Source of the DNA: Moniliella sp. 'wahieum'
Lineage: Eukaryota
NCBI GenBank assembly: GCA_003971905.1
Contig: RSEE01000003.1
Span: 1 to 64,000 of the forward strand
Direction of reading: 5' to 3'
DNA length: 64,000 nucleotides
Shown in pieces: positions 50,927-63,401 of this stretch. The position numbers were made by a program, and so were the translations under genes. How positions within the stretch are numbered: position 1 is the stretch's first letter; every line of letters begins with the position of its first letter. The notes under the pieces are model-generated. The model ran no database searches. It saw only the letters and a program-made list of their open reading frames with translations, and was not told where the DNA came from.

Positions 50927-51988
50927 CTTGTGCTTTACGGCCCACGACGGCTGCGCTGCCCACTGCCAGGGGCATACGTCAGCAGCTCACCGCGGTCATT
51001 GATCATCCATCCTGCGTCACGCATCATGCATCATGCATGGCAGCCACAACCACCCAGAGCAGCCCAGCGACGGAGGCCCGTGCACGCCCCCCTCTCCACT
51101 AGTTCAACATTCATCGGTCATCCCAGGAGCACGCAAAGTCGAAAAGGCGCAGGGCCCGCCTACAGTGCCCCCGCCTGGCTTACTCTTGAATACCATGCCA
51201 GGCGTATCCTACTCTTGCTGGTCACTCATCACTACCGCAACGACCTAGCCGAGCAGGATCCCTTTTGGAAGGCACGACGCCAACACACCCAAGAGTTGGT
51301 GCCAAAGGGGGTGCCAGTGGGATGGTAATGGCGATGGGAATGGTGACAGTGACGGGGGTGATGTTTTGCAACGACCATCTCGACTTTCTGGCGTGACATG
51401 CATGCCATGAGACACGACAAACGGGGCGAGCGGGTGGCGGAATGGGTACACAAGCACAGGCCTTTGTGGGTTCAGGCAACAGTACCACATGTGGGACAAT
51501 CACTCAGTCCCGCAACAGCCTCAAAGATCTATGTAGGATCCCAAGCCTAGCCATCCATCCTTGCCTTCTCCGAGCATTGCCCCATCCATCGATCCGCATT
51601 GTTCATCATTCATCATTCCACCTTTGTCACATTTGGCATTCAACATTCCACGATCAACGATTATCGATTATTGAGGTAACAGTCCATGGCTGTTCAACGT
51701 TCACCAGCTCCACGGGGCAAGTGCGAAACCATGGCGAGAGGGTTCACCATTCGGGGCAAAGCAAAACAAAAAAACAAAAAAGCAGCCAAACGACCACCCC
51801 ACCAGCACTGCAAAGGGGGGAACCCAACCGCCATCCTCTCGCACGGCCCCCCTCGCACATGCACCCACCAAGGGGGAAGGGGGCCAGGCCGGCGGCACAA
51901 AAACAAAAAACAAGTCAAGACAAAAGAAAAAGAAAAGAACGGTACACCCTCCCTTCTGCCGCCCTTGGGCCAGCTCCTTCTCACGTCC

Positions 51989-54923
51989 TCAAAAGAACCC
52001 GACTTTAGCCTGGCCGGCCGGAACGAGGTTGAAGAGAGGATGGACAAAGTAGCCCGTGCGGCGCGCGGCGGTCCACGCTTTCCATACGGCGTCCCTGGTG
52101 GACGCTGGAGCCGCCTCGTTGTGGCCAATCACCGTCAACGCGTCTCGGAACGTCGCCCGCTCTTCCGCCGTCAGCGCGGCAGCGGCAGCCATGAACATGG
52201 GGAACAAGTAGTTGCCGCAGCCGACCGCGACGCAGAATTCGCGCGCGCCATGCCACGTGGTTTGTGCATCGGGCGCACCCACGCTGCTGGCCAGGTCGGG
52301 CACCAATTCGAATTGCGAGTTGGTCCACACGTGCAGCACTTGCCGCGCACGCACCGCCGTACCGAAGGGAAGAGCGGGCCGACACGATAGATAGCTTGGT
52401 ACAGCAACAGCTGCGCGCTGCCAGTCGCACCATCTCGGCGCACCCAGGGGAACCGTAGTAGGACTGGGCGCGGGTGACGGCCAACATGGCCTGCGATCCA
52501 AGTGTGCGTTGGATGTCTTTGGCACGACGACGCAAGGGTGCAGGCAAGTGCTTGCCCAGCGACGCTTCGCCCCGTGCGTCCCGCAGTTCCCCACCCATGT
52601 CCCCATCGTGCAGCCCAACCCCCACGGGCGCACTGGCCTTCTTGGGCGAGCTGGTAAGGCTGTCTTCGTCCTCATACTCGTCATCCTCCTCTTCCTCTTC
52701 GTCCGAGGCAGCCTCGGCGGCATCCAGCACCGCAGCAAGACCGGCTGCCGACAGGGAAGAAGGGTTGGACAGGCCCGGGTTGCCTCCTAGGTCGCCCAGT
52801 GAAGGGGTCACATCGCACTCGCTGCGCAAGTGGGCAATGTCCGACAGACACTTAAGTAGCAAGTCAGGGCAGTTGCATGGGCTACGTACACACAGAACAG
52901 AACAGGTCAGCACGGTAGGAACAACCAACAAATGATGGCGCAGGGGAGACGTACGAAAGCGGGAACTGTTCCGATGCTGTATCTTCCTCCGCCAACGTGT
53001 TGTTCGAAGGCTGGCCATGAGGCCGGGCGCGCTTGGATTCCTTCTGGTCGGGTGGCTGCTCAATGTCAAGCAGAAAGTAAGGGCGTGTGCCCCGGGCAAG
53101 CGCGGACGACGTATCTGCCCAGACGAGCATCGACAAGCCCAGCGTCTCCACCCCGTGGCACTTGGACCAGCACAATCGTCGATTGCCACCCAAGATGAGG
53201 TGAGCAATCCGAATGGCTTCGTCCAAACTAGCAAAGTAGGCGTCGATGCTCACCTCGGCCCAATCAAAAATAGCCAGATTCATCGCAGCCAGGATCAAAC
53301 TGTCGTACCGCTTCACCACCTCCAAATCAATCGTACCGTCTGGGTTAGGCCAGCTGGTGAGGGGACCGGTGCGAACAGCGTTCACTTCGTCGTCCACCGC
53401 CTGGGATGCCATGCGACGCAAGTGGTAGCTGTAGCTCGTCAAATGACGATCGAGGTGCTGGTGGAGTGTCTGCTGAGAATGGAGCGAAGGGTCTTGCTGT
53501 GTCCCAGCACTGGGGGAGGAAAGCAGGTCAGACTTGTCTTTCGGCGGATCCAACCGAGGGAGCTCGAGCGAATCACGTCGGAGGCCCGCACTCCAGCGTT
53601 GGATCAAACTCAGGTCTTCGGGCCACCGCAGCTGTTCGCCGCCAATGTAACAGGCTGCCACCGCAGCGACCGACAAGCGAACGTAGGCCTGGGTGTCGAT
53701 CTGGGCAAAAAAGAGCGGACGATGCCCTCAAACAAACGGCTGTGGCCAATCTGCGAGGGGTGGCACCCTTCCACCCAACACGTAATCACCGCCCCATAGT
53801 AGCCTAGGATGCTCTCCTTGGTGCTGGGCCAAGGCGTGCCCTGCATGGCGGTCGGGGAAGGGCCATGGGGGAGGGCCGTAGGGGAAGGGCCGGCCTGCGG
53901 TCCCGGGGCGGCAGAGGGTGCAGTGGATGCAGTGGAGAAGTTGGAGAAAGAGGAGGAAGCGAGAGGCGTGGAGGCGGTGGGTGGCATCATGGCAGACAGA
54001 GACGGCATGCTGCCGGCGGCGGCCAAGTCGACGACAGGGTCCACGGCCCAGGCGGGGTCGAGAGGGACGGGCATCTGCAGGCCTGGCTGGTTCAAGTCGC
54101 CGGCCAGAGCGGGGCCGGTGGGGGTGGCAAGGCCGTCGAGCTGCGCGGGCAGCGGGTGGATGGCGGCAAGACAGCTGTCGCAGATCGGGCGGCCGGAGAG
54201 GAGGCAGTCGCCGACCGTGGGGCAGACGGCGCCCGCGCCGACTGTGGCGGGGGGGCGTGGGCGGGCAGGCCGAGGGGGATGGGCGCGGTGGCCTGGGCCG
54301 TGGGGCTCAAGGACAGGTCGCGCGGCGGGAGCGGCATGGGCGAGAAGGCAGGTGGGCGGGCGGGGGGGGGTGCACGTCGGGGCGGGTAGGGGCGCAGGCG
54401 GACGCTGCGCGGGGCCGGGGGCAGCATGGGCGAGGCGAGCGGGAGAGCGGCCTGGTACGACGCCGTGGCCGACGCGCGCTCGTACTCGGGCGAAGCCGCC
54501 CAGCCGGGGACGCGCTTGAGCGGAGGGAAGCCGAGGCACTCAAACCCCGCCCGCCGGCAGCGCATGCACCCGCCCGTCACCGGGTCGCGTTGCTGCGGGC
54601 CGACACAAGAGAGCAGCAGTCAGTCAGCCGCGGGAACACGCGCCTCGCAACACACAGAGCAGGGCAGCCAGACGTACGTCCTCGTTCTCCCCATCGCACT
54701 TCTTGCGACGGGCGCGGCAGGTGAGGCATCCGCGGCGCGTGCGGGTCACGCGCGGGCGCGGGGGACGGTCCTTTGCCTGCGGCCTGGGGCGGGAGGGCTT
54801 GGAGGCAGCAGCAGAGGCAGAGGCCGAGGCCGAGGCCGCCGAGGGCGTGCTGCTGGCGGCGGGCGAGGCAGGCGACGGCTTGGAGGTGTGGTCGGGGGAC
54901 GTGGCAGCAGGGGCGGCGTCCAT
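51989..54923 (-). CDS. Zn(II)2Cys6 transcription factor with fungal-specific C-terminal domain
   Basis: TRTRRGCLTCRARRKKCDGENED|QRDPVTGGCMRCRRAGFECLG, split by intron 54677-54593 (GTACGT..CTGAC..CAG); C-terminal LFPMFMAAAAA..EER resembles Fungal_trans_2-type domains. Frameshifted. Confidence 0.85.
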
Positions 54924-55599
54924 GGTGGGAGGCGAGAAGCTCAACCGCGGGGATAAGGATACGCAAAGATGCACCGAGTGCGGTTGTGCGTCTGGAGAAC
55001 AGGGGCCTGAGGGTACAGCGGCAAGCCAAACATATCCAACCCCGGGCAGAGGCGGTGGTTTGGGCGCGGAGCAGCGGGGGGGAGATGGGGGAGATGGGGG
55101 CGGGGGCGGTGGGGGCGCAGAAGACAGGCAAGAGCAGCAGCAGCAGCACCAGCAACAATAACAGCCCCAGCAACCCCGAGAGCAAGTGCCAGTGGTGGAA
55201 CAGACACGAGCAACTCCGAGCACAGCGCAACCGCCCAGCGGAGTGTGCACGCGCAGGCACTGGCCCACTGCCCCCGGCTGCATGTGCTCCCGCGGCCACA
55301 TGGCGCCTGTCTCGGCAACCATCCCCTGCAGCCGCCTGCAGCTGCCGAGCACTGCCCCTCCGCCCCTGCAGCCCAGCGCCCAACAACAGCCTATCCTCGC
55401 CCCACTGGTGCTGCTGCCTCCTGCCGCCCGGTGCCTACCGCCAACCCCAGCGCAGCGCCAGAGAATTGGTTCCCCGGGGGCGGCGCCGCTTTGCTCCGGC
55501 CTCACCGGCTCACCGGCACCACCAGGCCCCAGGCCACTGCCGCGCTGCTGAGTCTGCGGCCTTCTGCCTTGCGCTTATCGACCAGCGATTGCGCAGACG

Positions 55600-57801
55600 A
55601 TCGATTATCGGCTATCGCTATCGGCTATCGACTATCGACTGTCCCGTATCGACAATGGTTGCAACAGACAGAACATGGACGTTGAGCGGGCAGCGATATC
55701 GCTCGCGCCCCTTCTTTGCTGGCGGCCATGCAGATTGGGCTTCGCTGTCCGAGTGCTAGCGCCTGCCACAGCCGAGCAAATCCATCGGCTTGGCGACATC
55801 TCCGCTAGGTACAACGTCCGGATCTTGGGATCCCCTGCCACTTTTTGTCACTGCCACCGTCGTATGGACTGGCGGCGGTATCACTTGAAATGTACAAAGC
55901 ATTCAGAAGAATCAAAGCTTGCGCGAAGAACAAAAAAAAAAGTAAACCCCGCCGGAGATGTCGGGGATCATCGATCATCGATAGTTCAGTCCTCCATCCC
56001 TGTCAGTGTCCTGACGTAATGTGCCTGTGTGTGTGCCACACGTCATCTAACGGGGGGGCGGAACACTGGCGGAACGGGGCCGCCCGCGCCCAGGTCTTGA
56101 GATCTCAGATTGACTTCAGACAGGACAAAGTGGCGAGCCCCACCGTCTCTCAAGCTTGAGGTTCAAGCTCGACGTGCGTCTGAAGGAAAGGAGACCGGAT
56201 GCCAAGAAGGCATATGGAGCGAGCAGGAGTCTGCAGTCTGCGGAGGGAACTCTTCCGCCCGAAGAAGCGAACGGCACCGGGTCTCACAGGCCAGCTTGAA
56301 GCTTGAAGCTTGCTTGGAGCTTGAGCTCAAGTTGGACGTCAGTGAACTCAACGTGACTTCGCCGATCCTGTCCCCTCGTCTCTACCAATACATTCTTTGC
56401 CTCCCTTTGCACATGGCTCTCACTCGTATCGCCCCACCCTAACCCCCCCGCAGACCACAGAATCTCTCACTCCTCCTCACAGGTCGCCCCCGGTCACCCA
56501 CGTTGCCCCCGCCCGCCACACTGGGGCCATGGCGCTGGAAGCCTAAGCCCGGACCCTTCCGGTCAATGCCTTCCAATATTCCTTCCTGGAGGGCAGGAAT
56601 ATTCTGTAGCCTTTGTAGCTCGTGTGCAATGCAATACACACCATCAACTCTGTGCTCTCTGGTCTTCTACAGTGGGAGATGGAGCATGTGACCCGGTGGA
56701 GGGGTCCCGATCCCACATGCCCCATCGCTCCCACATGCGACAGCTGAAGTATTAACGCCCAGGAAGAGCTCAAGAGCAGCAAATGGAATGGTGGTCGATG
56801 GATTCAAATTGCTAAGGCGGTGGCGAATCCAAGTCATCATGGAGTCGGAAACGCCACGTCAGAAAACATCACACGCGCATCACACATGATGTCACTCGGA
56901 AGTTACCTTGGCCATAAATGACCAGAGGTCAACATGAAGTTGAGGACGTTGAGGGCTGGCTGAGCAGCTGCGATCTTTTTCTATGCGATGCTGAAACGGA
57001 CATATATGTTGACTCGTTTTGACAGCGGTCGGCGAGACATGATGACATCAGCTGCTGTCGCAAACAGTAGGTCTTTTTTTTTTACGGGTCCAGAGGGTCT
57101 GTGGCGGCTGGACGCTCTCACCTCTCGATCTCACCTCTCGTGAGAGACCGAGGGTCGCATGCACATCCGTCTCAATACTTTTCAGTAATGCTCGGCTTCC
57201 GGTCGGGGGGTCCAAACCAAAAGTTGCGCGAAGTCTGTATAGAACATCGGGCTGGTCCGATCAGCGCCTTCTGGACGAATATCGAAATGGACAGGCAAGC
57301 CAAAACAGCCCCTGGCCAGTACCATAGGCGCCACGAAGACGCAGATGCTTCTGTCTTCAATTTCAGCTTCCAGCTCTTCCAGCTTGGAGGTTACCGGTTA
57401 CCGCTCGCCGTCATTGGTCACACGCCTGTGCGGCGTGCGGCCCACACCTGCCCACACACGCGCTTACGGGAGCACGTCAGGCATGAGCCTCGGGGCTAGT
57501 GAGGCCTGAGGAGTGCTCCAAGATCGGTAAAGTCAGCCATTAATCATTGCTCCACAATCGGTGAAGCCGGTCATATATAGTCACCGTCGCAACACTAGCC
57601 TGCCTATAACAGCTTCTTACTTCTTTGTGGCGGCTGGGCGCCTCTCGGCGAGCTCCGATGGACGACAGCAAAACGAGAATCGGATCGGGCCCTGCCCGTC
57701 CCGGTACCTGCCCTTGTTCTACGCAGAAACGGTCCTAAGCGTTACCCAGCCGCCCCCCACGTCGGTGTTCTGAATCAGCATGCACCCGTGGTCACCGGTC
57801 A
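55600..57801. promoter_or_regulatory. Intergenic T(G/C)A + 4-nt palindrome arrays between divergent genes
   Basis: 55968-55981 TCA-TCGA-TCA-TCGA; 56098-56107 TGA-GATC-TCA; 56293-56310 AGCT-TGA-AGCT-TGA-AGCT; 57496-57509 CTAG-TGA-GGCC-TGA; 57792-57801 TCA-CCGG-TCA. Confidence 0.45.
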
Positions 57802-58186
57802 CCTCGGGCGTGTTGCCAGCCCGCGGTGGCTGGTGGCCGGTGGATCGAGTAAATAAACGCTAAACATCAACAAGAGAGCGTGTCGCTGAGCAAACGGAGC
57901 AACCCAGAGGGACCTGGTGGCCGCATGGCGTACACAGTAAGTCATGGTGACCATCCCACAGTTCTTTATATTTGTTTTCGTTTCGGCCTCTTCTGCCGCG
58001 AAGAGCGGCGTCCCGACTGCAGCCACCCCACCAGTAATCGACGACACACGGACCAAGTCTCGGCGCGGCCCACCTCCCTCCAGACAAGCCTTCAAGCATC
58101 AGCCTCCACCGGCGTCCGGCGCTGTGGACCCCACACTGCCCCACCATCGCCCCCGTCTCCGTTTCTTCTTCCTTCCCCACCACCCC

Positions 58187-60173
58187 ATGTCCCTCCTGCC
58201 CAGCGCCATCTGGGCTCTGCCGCCCGACCCCACCAGCACTGCGCCCAGCTGGACCCCGGCTGGGCCTCCCTTCCTACCCCTACCACCCTCGCCATCCACC
58301 TCCCTCCGCCGGCCAGCGCAAGTGCCCAAGTGGACCTGGCAGCCTTCACCGTCGTCCGCACCCGCACCGTGCCCAGCGCCTCTACCTCGCCCCCCCACCC
58401 CGCTGGCACGCCGCGGCCCGTGTCGCCCACGACCCCACCCGTCTCCCACAGCCGTGCAAACAGCAGCACTCCGTGGCAGCGGATCACCAAGCGGTCCGTC
58501 ACTTCCCCCGAACTGTCTTCCAAGTTGGGTGCCCATGCATGGCAATCGAGCTGCTCGCCCCCTCTCCGCCGGGCCGACAGACAGGGCCAACGGTGGGCAG
58601 TGCGGTGCGCTGGTCCATGCCGATACAGGTCGGAGCGTCGCGGCCGCAACGCAGGACGCCGCTTCTTCGTGTTTCGCGTGGAGGACGTGCAGACGGCCAC
58701 TGGCTGGGCCGCCACACTGGCGCCACTGCTGGGCATCCCCCCAGGCTCACCTCAACCGCACCCCGAGCCTCAATCTGGATTGGCGCCGTCGCCCGCCCGG
58801 ACGGATGCAGTCCCCCGTCTTGCCGACCCCGCCTCCGCCTCCGCCGCCGGTAGCCCGGCCAAGGTCAGCTTCCCCAGCCAGAATCGTCCCCACGAGAGCC
58901 AGCTCAGCTTGGGCAAGCTCTCGGAAGATTCGGCGGCTTCACCCTCGGGTGTTCGTCAGCCGGCGGTTTCGGTCGCCAGCCGCTTCGACAACGCCGTCGC
59001 CGTCGAGACGCGTGTCGCCGAGTAAGGCCAAGGGCGGGCTGTGGTCGCGTCTTCTGCCTCTTCGTGTAGGACCCCGCGTTCGTGCCTCTGTCTCGTTCGG
59101 TAACAGGGAGCAGTAAGGAGGCCTCTGCTGCCGCGACCCATACGGCGCACAGTTGGCCAGCCCACCCCCAACACCGTACCCCCCCGGTCGGGTTTGCCTC
59201 TACCGCCAGCACTCCCTCACCCCGGATCTTCAGGCCAGCTGTTGTCTCCGCGTAAGCCCTCGTTCCACTCTCGTTCGGGGTCCCGCTCGGTCCATGGTCT
59301 CTCTGGTACGGCAGAACCAGCGTGCCAACCTCACAGCAAATACGACATGCACAAACCTTTGCCCTTGCCCTTCCCGTCGCCCGCCTCTTCCCGCACCATG
59401 CTCTGGGACACCAATAATGCACTTCACCTCTCTGCACCTACCTACCCGAACCCATCCCCCGTCCCGTCGCCCGTCCCGTCGCCCATTCCGTCGCCCATCC
59501 CCTCGCCTGCGCTCACTAACCCACCCCAGAGCAAGGACACGTTCGCCGAAGACATCCCGCCCTGGTTGCATCAGTTCCGATCCCACGGTCCTGTCCATCT
59601 GCCGAATCAAGTGCCCGTATCTGCCTCCCGACCTCTGCCTACGTCCCGCCATGAGGCAGCCCTGCTTGGCCTCAGCGCATGTGTGATCCGACTCGGACCT
59701 TATCACATGCTGCGTCCATGCCAGTCCTGCGCGCGGGGGGGACGACGCCCTGTTGAAACGCCGGCTGGGCCTGCGTGGCTCCTTCGCCTTGACTGCCGAT
59801 ACGGTTGCTGGGCTGGCAGACCAATTAGCTTCGGGATCGAGCGTCGCATGGCACACCTCCCCCGCACCCGACTTTAACCAGCAGACGGTCCCGGACGCCC
59901 CGCCCTACGTTCCGTACCAGCCTACTTCTTTCCTTCCTCACCCGACGTGGCACGGTGATCCGTGCCTCCCCCTGCCACGTCTTCCTCCGAGTGGGGGAAG
60001 GCACTGCCGCCGCACCCCGACTCGCCCCCCCGCCAGCGCCCATGCGTACCGTCTCCAGCACCGCGTGGCCTAGGTACGCCCTCGCCCGTGCGGTGGTCAC
60101 AAGCCAGTGCCAAAACGTTTCAAGTCGGAGCTGGTCTAGCCTAGCCGCTCCCCCCTCTCGGGCTTTCACATGA
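58187..60173 (+). CDS. Hypothetical Pro/Ser-rich protein, possible N-terminal PH-like domain
   Basis: ATG in a ccaccccATG context; overlapping long ORFs joined by frameshifts; RFFVFRVEDVQTATGWAATL resembles the last strand and helix of a PH fold (inference). Confidence 0.5.
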
Positions 60174-62032
60174 CGCGTCACGACCGCTACACGTATCCCT
60201 TTTCCAGCCAGAGAAGGCCTCACCTGAACTGTTTCCCCGTCAAGCTGTGCCACCCGGGTTCCACCCAAACTGCATTGGTTTGGCTCCCTTTTCCCAAGCA
60301 GAGACTTAAGGCTGGCAGCATCGCAGCCCCCCTTGGGCACTTGGGATCTTTATATCTCTGCTTGTGCCTCACTTTCATGGGCCCTGGTGGCACCATTCAA
60401 AAATTACCACTGTGCAGTGGAGGGGGAAGACATCTGCTCCATTCTGCTCGTTTCCTCCCCCCTCATACACGTACTATAGACGCACACAGGAACCCTCTAC
60501 ACGTCCTCTCCTTCCAAAACCGCCATCTGCTGGCTCGCCACATCTCCCTTGCGTATACTCACCGGGACAAGAGTAGGAAAAGCGAAACGAATTGCTCCTC
60601 TCGCCCATGTGCGTGACCGATCTTTGATGGCCTTCTCGTATCCCCACAGACATAAAAGAAGCTTAAGAAAGTTTCCGACTCCCCCCAGGATCTGAAGTCA
60701 CTGATCAAATGGATTAAGCGTTTTTACTTGAACTAAGGTAGAAAAGCCGGAAGCCAGGAGCTACAGACGCCAACAGGCTTACAGAGAACAAGCTGCCGCG
60801 AAACCACTGGCACACTTTCCCTCGTTGTCTTTCTCATATAATACTGTCCAACAAAACGAGAGCTTCCATGGTATACACAGATGAAATTATAACAGTAACC
60901 GCCGCTCACACCTGAGTTTTCGGCGCACTGCCTGCCAGCACGTCGACATGGTATATGGTACCTGTTACAATCGTTAGACAATCGTTAACTTTTTTCGACC
61001 TTGCCAATCATTGGAAGGTGTGCCTCTAGCTTTACCGTTTCGGGAGTCCAGTTGATGTTACACTACCGCTGCCACCAGCTCACACTCTTTAATCCATCAG
61101 CACTGCTCCCTTTCCCTTCGTAAAATCTTTCACCCCCCCCTCCCCGCCCACTCGCGAGGGACCAGAGGGTTGTGTGTGAGTAACGGTCACCGACCGGAGC
61201 AATCGCAAATCACAGCCTGACGCCAGACCAGTGTGTAACCAATCTCATTTTCCGACGTGCCTCGAGAGGTTAGGAATGATCAAATTCAAAAGTTGGCAGG
61301 TCCTCCCTCGTGTCCACGCCCAATCTCACTTCTCTTGTAAGATGTAATGCAAGCGGCACACACGTGGAACCGAACAACAGCAGAAGAGCGAGTCCTCTTG
61401 TTGATATGGTTCCAATGCACATCCGTCTGCGCTATGATCGCCCACGGCCGGCGATATCGGTGAGTACAGAGTTTCGACATGTGGTATGAGGGGGTTAGAT
61501 ATCAAAGGTTAGATCTCAGATGATGATCATTATGATCTCGACGATGAATTTATTGAACCACACAGCGCGGGTGTGGCTCGTGTGTTCTGGCCGAAAATCC
61601 CATCAGTCCTTCCTCAGACATAGGAGTTTTGCATCCGTCGTGTTCTCTCTTTTGTTTTCCTTGTTCAACGGCCTACTTTAATAACCCCTACCGGTCACCC
61701 TCAATAAGGACCACAGGACTCCAGGTCTCATCAAAATGTCACCGTGTCCCCCCGCCAAACACCACAGCCATATTCTATTCACCGTATACAACTAGTATGA
61801 TGAACACATGCAAGCGCATTCTTGACGTGCTATTGCGCAACTCTCGGGGAGCCGAGGCTCTTCTCCCCTCAAAGTTCAACGGGGGTCATCTATATGATCC
61901 AGTTGTTTGCAATTATAAACTTGCATTGAACGCTCAAACGAAAATTGCGTAGTACGTTTGTGAACGATACTAGTACTGAGGGCTCCGTATTGGGTTGGGC
62001 TGTCCTGGGCGTCGGAGCGCTTGCTCACTCAG

Positions 62033-63157
62033 TGAGTACTCAGGCTAAGACTCAGCGCCGCAAGGCATGTGACTCAGAGCGGGAGTTTAGGAGAAAACGA
62101 GGATGGTGCATGTTACGTACCAGTCGTCTAGTTTGCCTGTTGCTGCTGCCACAAGTATAGAGGGGATGTCCCCAGAGGGGATTTGGGATTGTGCAAGATG
62201 ATGACGATGTCGATGATGGTGGATTGTCGATTGCAGCAGACGCGCAAGGGCCCGAACGCCTTTCCCGCTGGAAGCGCGTCCGAGGGCCTGTGGTACCTGA
62301 GCGCGGCCTGGCACTGGGCGCTTTGAGCGCCTTGAAGCTTGAAGCGTGAGCGCTGGAGCGCGGAGAGGCCGAGGCACTGCGGCGTGAGATTAGGCGAGCG
62401 TTCGTCGTATCCTAAACAAGCGGCTCTTTAATTAGGAACGGCCACCTACAGAACACTGCCGCCGTGCGTGTGAAGAAAAGCGGCAGGCGCGGGGGAGCGG
62501 GGCTAGTCACCAGTTCCAGCCACTAGTTACTCAACAAGCCTGAGCCTCAGGGCCACTCTCGTGTCGCCTCACGGCAACAAAGCAGCTGGCCCGACGCCTC
62601 CCGACGCCCACTTGGCAACCGGGCACGGAGAACTCGTTTGCGCTGAGGCTACGGCACGGCCCCCTGTGCTCTGGCGTGCTGCAGCGGCCAATTAGCTTAA
62701 TTAGGCCGCCATGCGGCCAGTGCCGATGCCCGCCCTCATCTGGGTGTCTCAAGCTTCTGCATCATGCATCACACATCATGGCGCTACACAGTGGCTCAGT
62801 GCTCAGCGAGCCTACAGCTTAGCGCTGATCAATGATCGATGATCTGCTAGTCATCGATACTGGATGATGCCAAGGCTCAGCCAGCACGGCGCCTGCCTTT
62901 GGACCTCCAGTCTCCAAAGCTAAAGAATGTGGCAAAAACTGTTTTGGTGCCACTGCGCTGCAACCCCTCTGACAAGAGCCCGAGGGCAGCCTTGGGCAGC
63001 CACCGTGCCGCCTCCAACCCCTCCTATCATCCACCCCCGCTGCGTCCATCCGTTGCCCTCCACCCTATCCGTCTGACACATCCGCCATATACCCCTCCCT
63101 CCGCCCGCGCCACACGTCTGGGTTCCGTTGTTCAACGTTCAACGTCACGTTCATGCA
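62033..63157. promoter_or_regulatory. Intergenic T(G/C)A + 4-nt palindrome arrays
   Basis: 62033-62042 TGA-GTAC-TCA; 62333-62353 TGA-AGCT-TGA-AGCG-TGA-GCGC; 62758-62771 TGCA-TCA-TGCA-TCA; 63132-63157 TCA-ACGT-TCA-ACGT..TCA-TGCA. Confidence 0.45.
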
Positions 63158-63401
63158 TGTCATCCGCTTGTCCCCGCTTTTCTTGCGCTGGGGGCCGATG
63201 GACCCTTCCCCGTTTCTTCGTGTTTTTCTTGCTCTCCACGCTGCAGTCTGCTCCCAGCCCACCTTAACTTGTCGTTGATTCCTGCCACCGCCACAGCACT
63301 TTCGTAACCGCATCAGCTACTTTTGCCGACCTCTCCCTGCCCCTCTTGTCTCCATTTCCTGTTGACCAACCCCTGCCGCACTTGCTCCCACCCCTCCCAG
63401 C

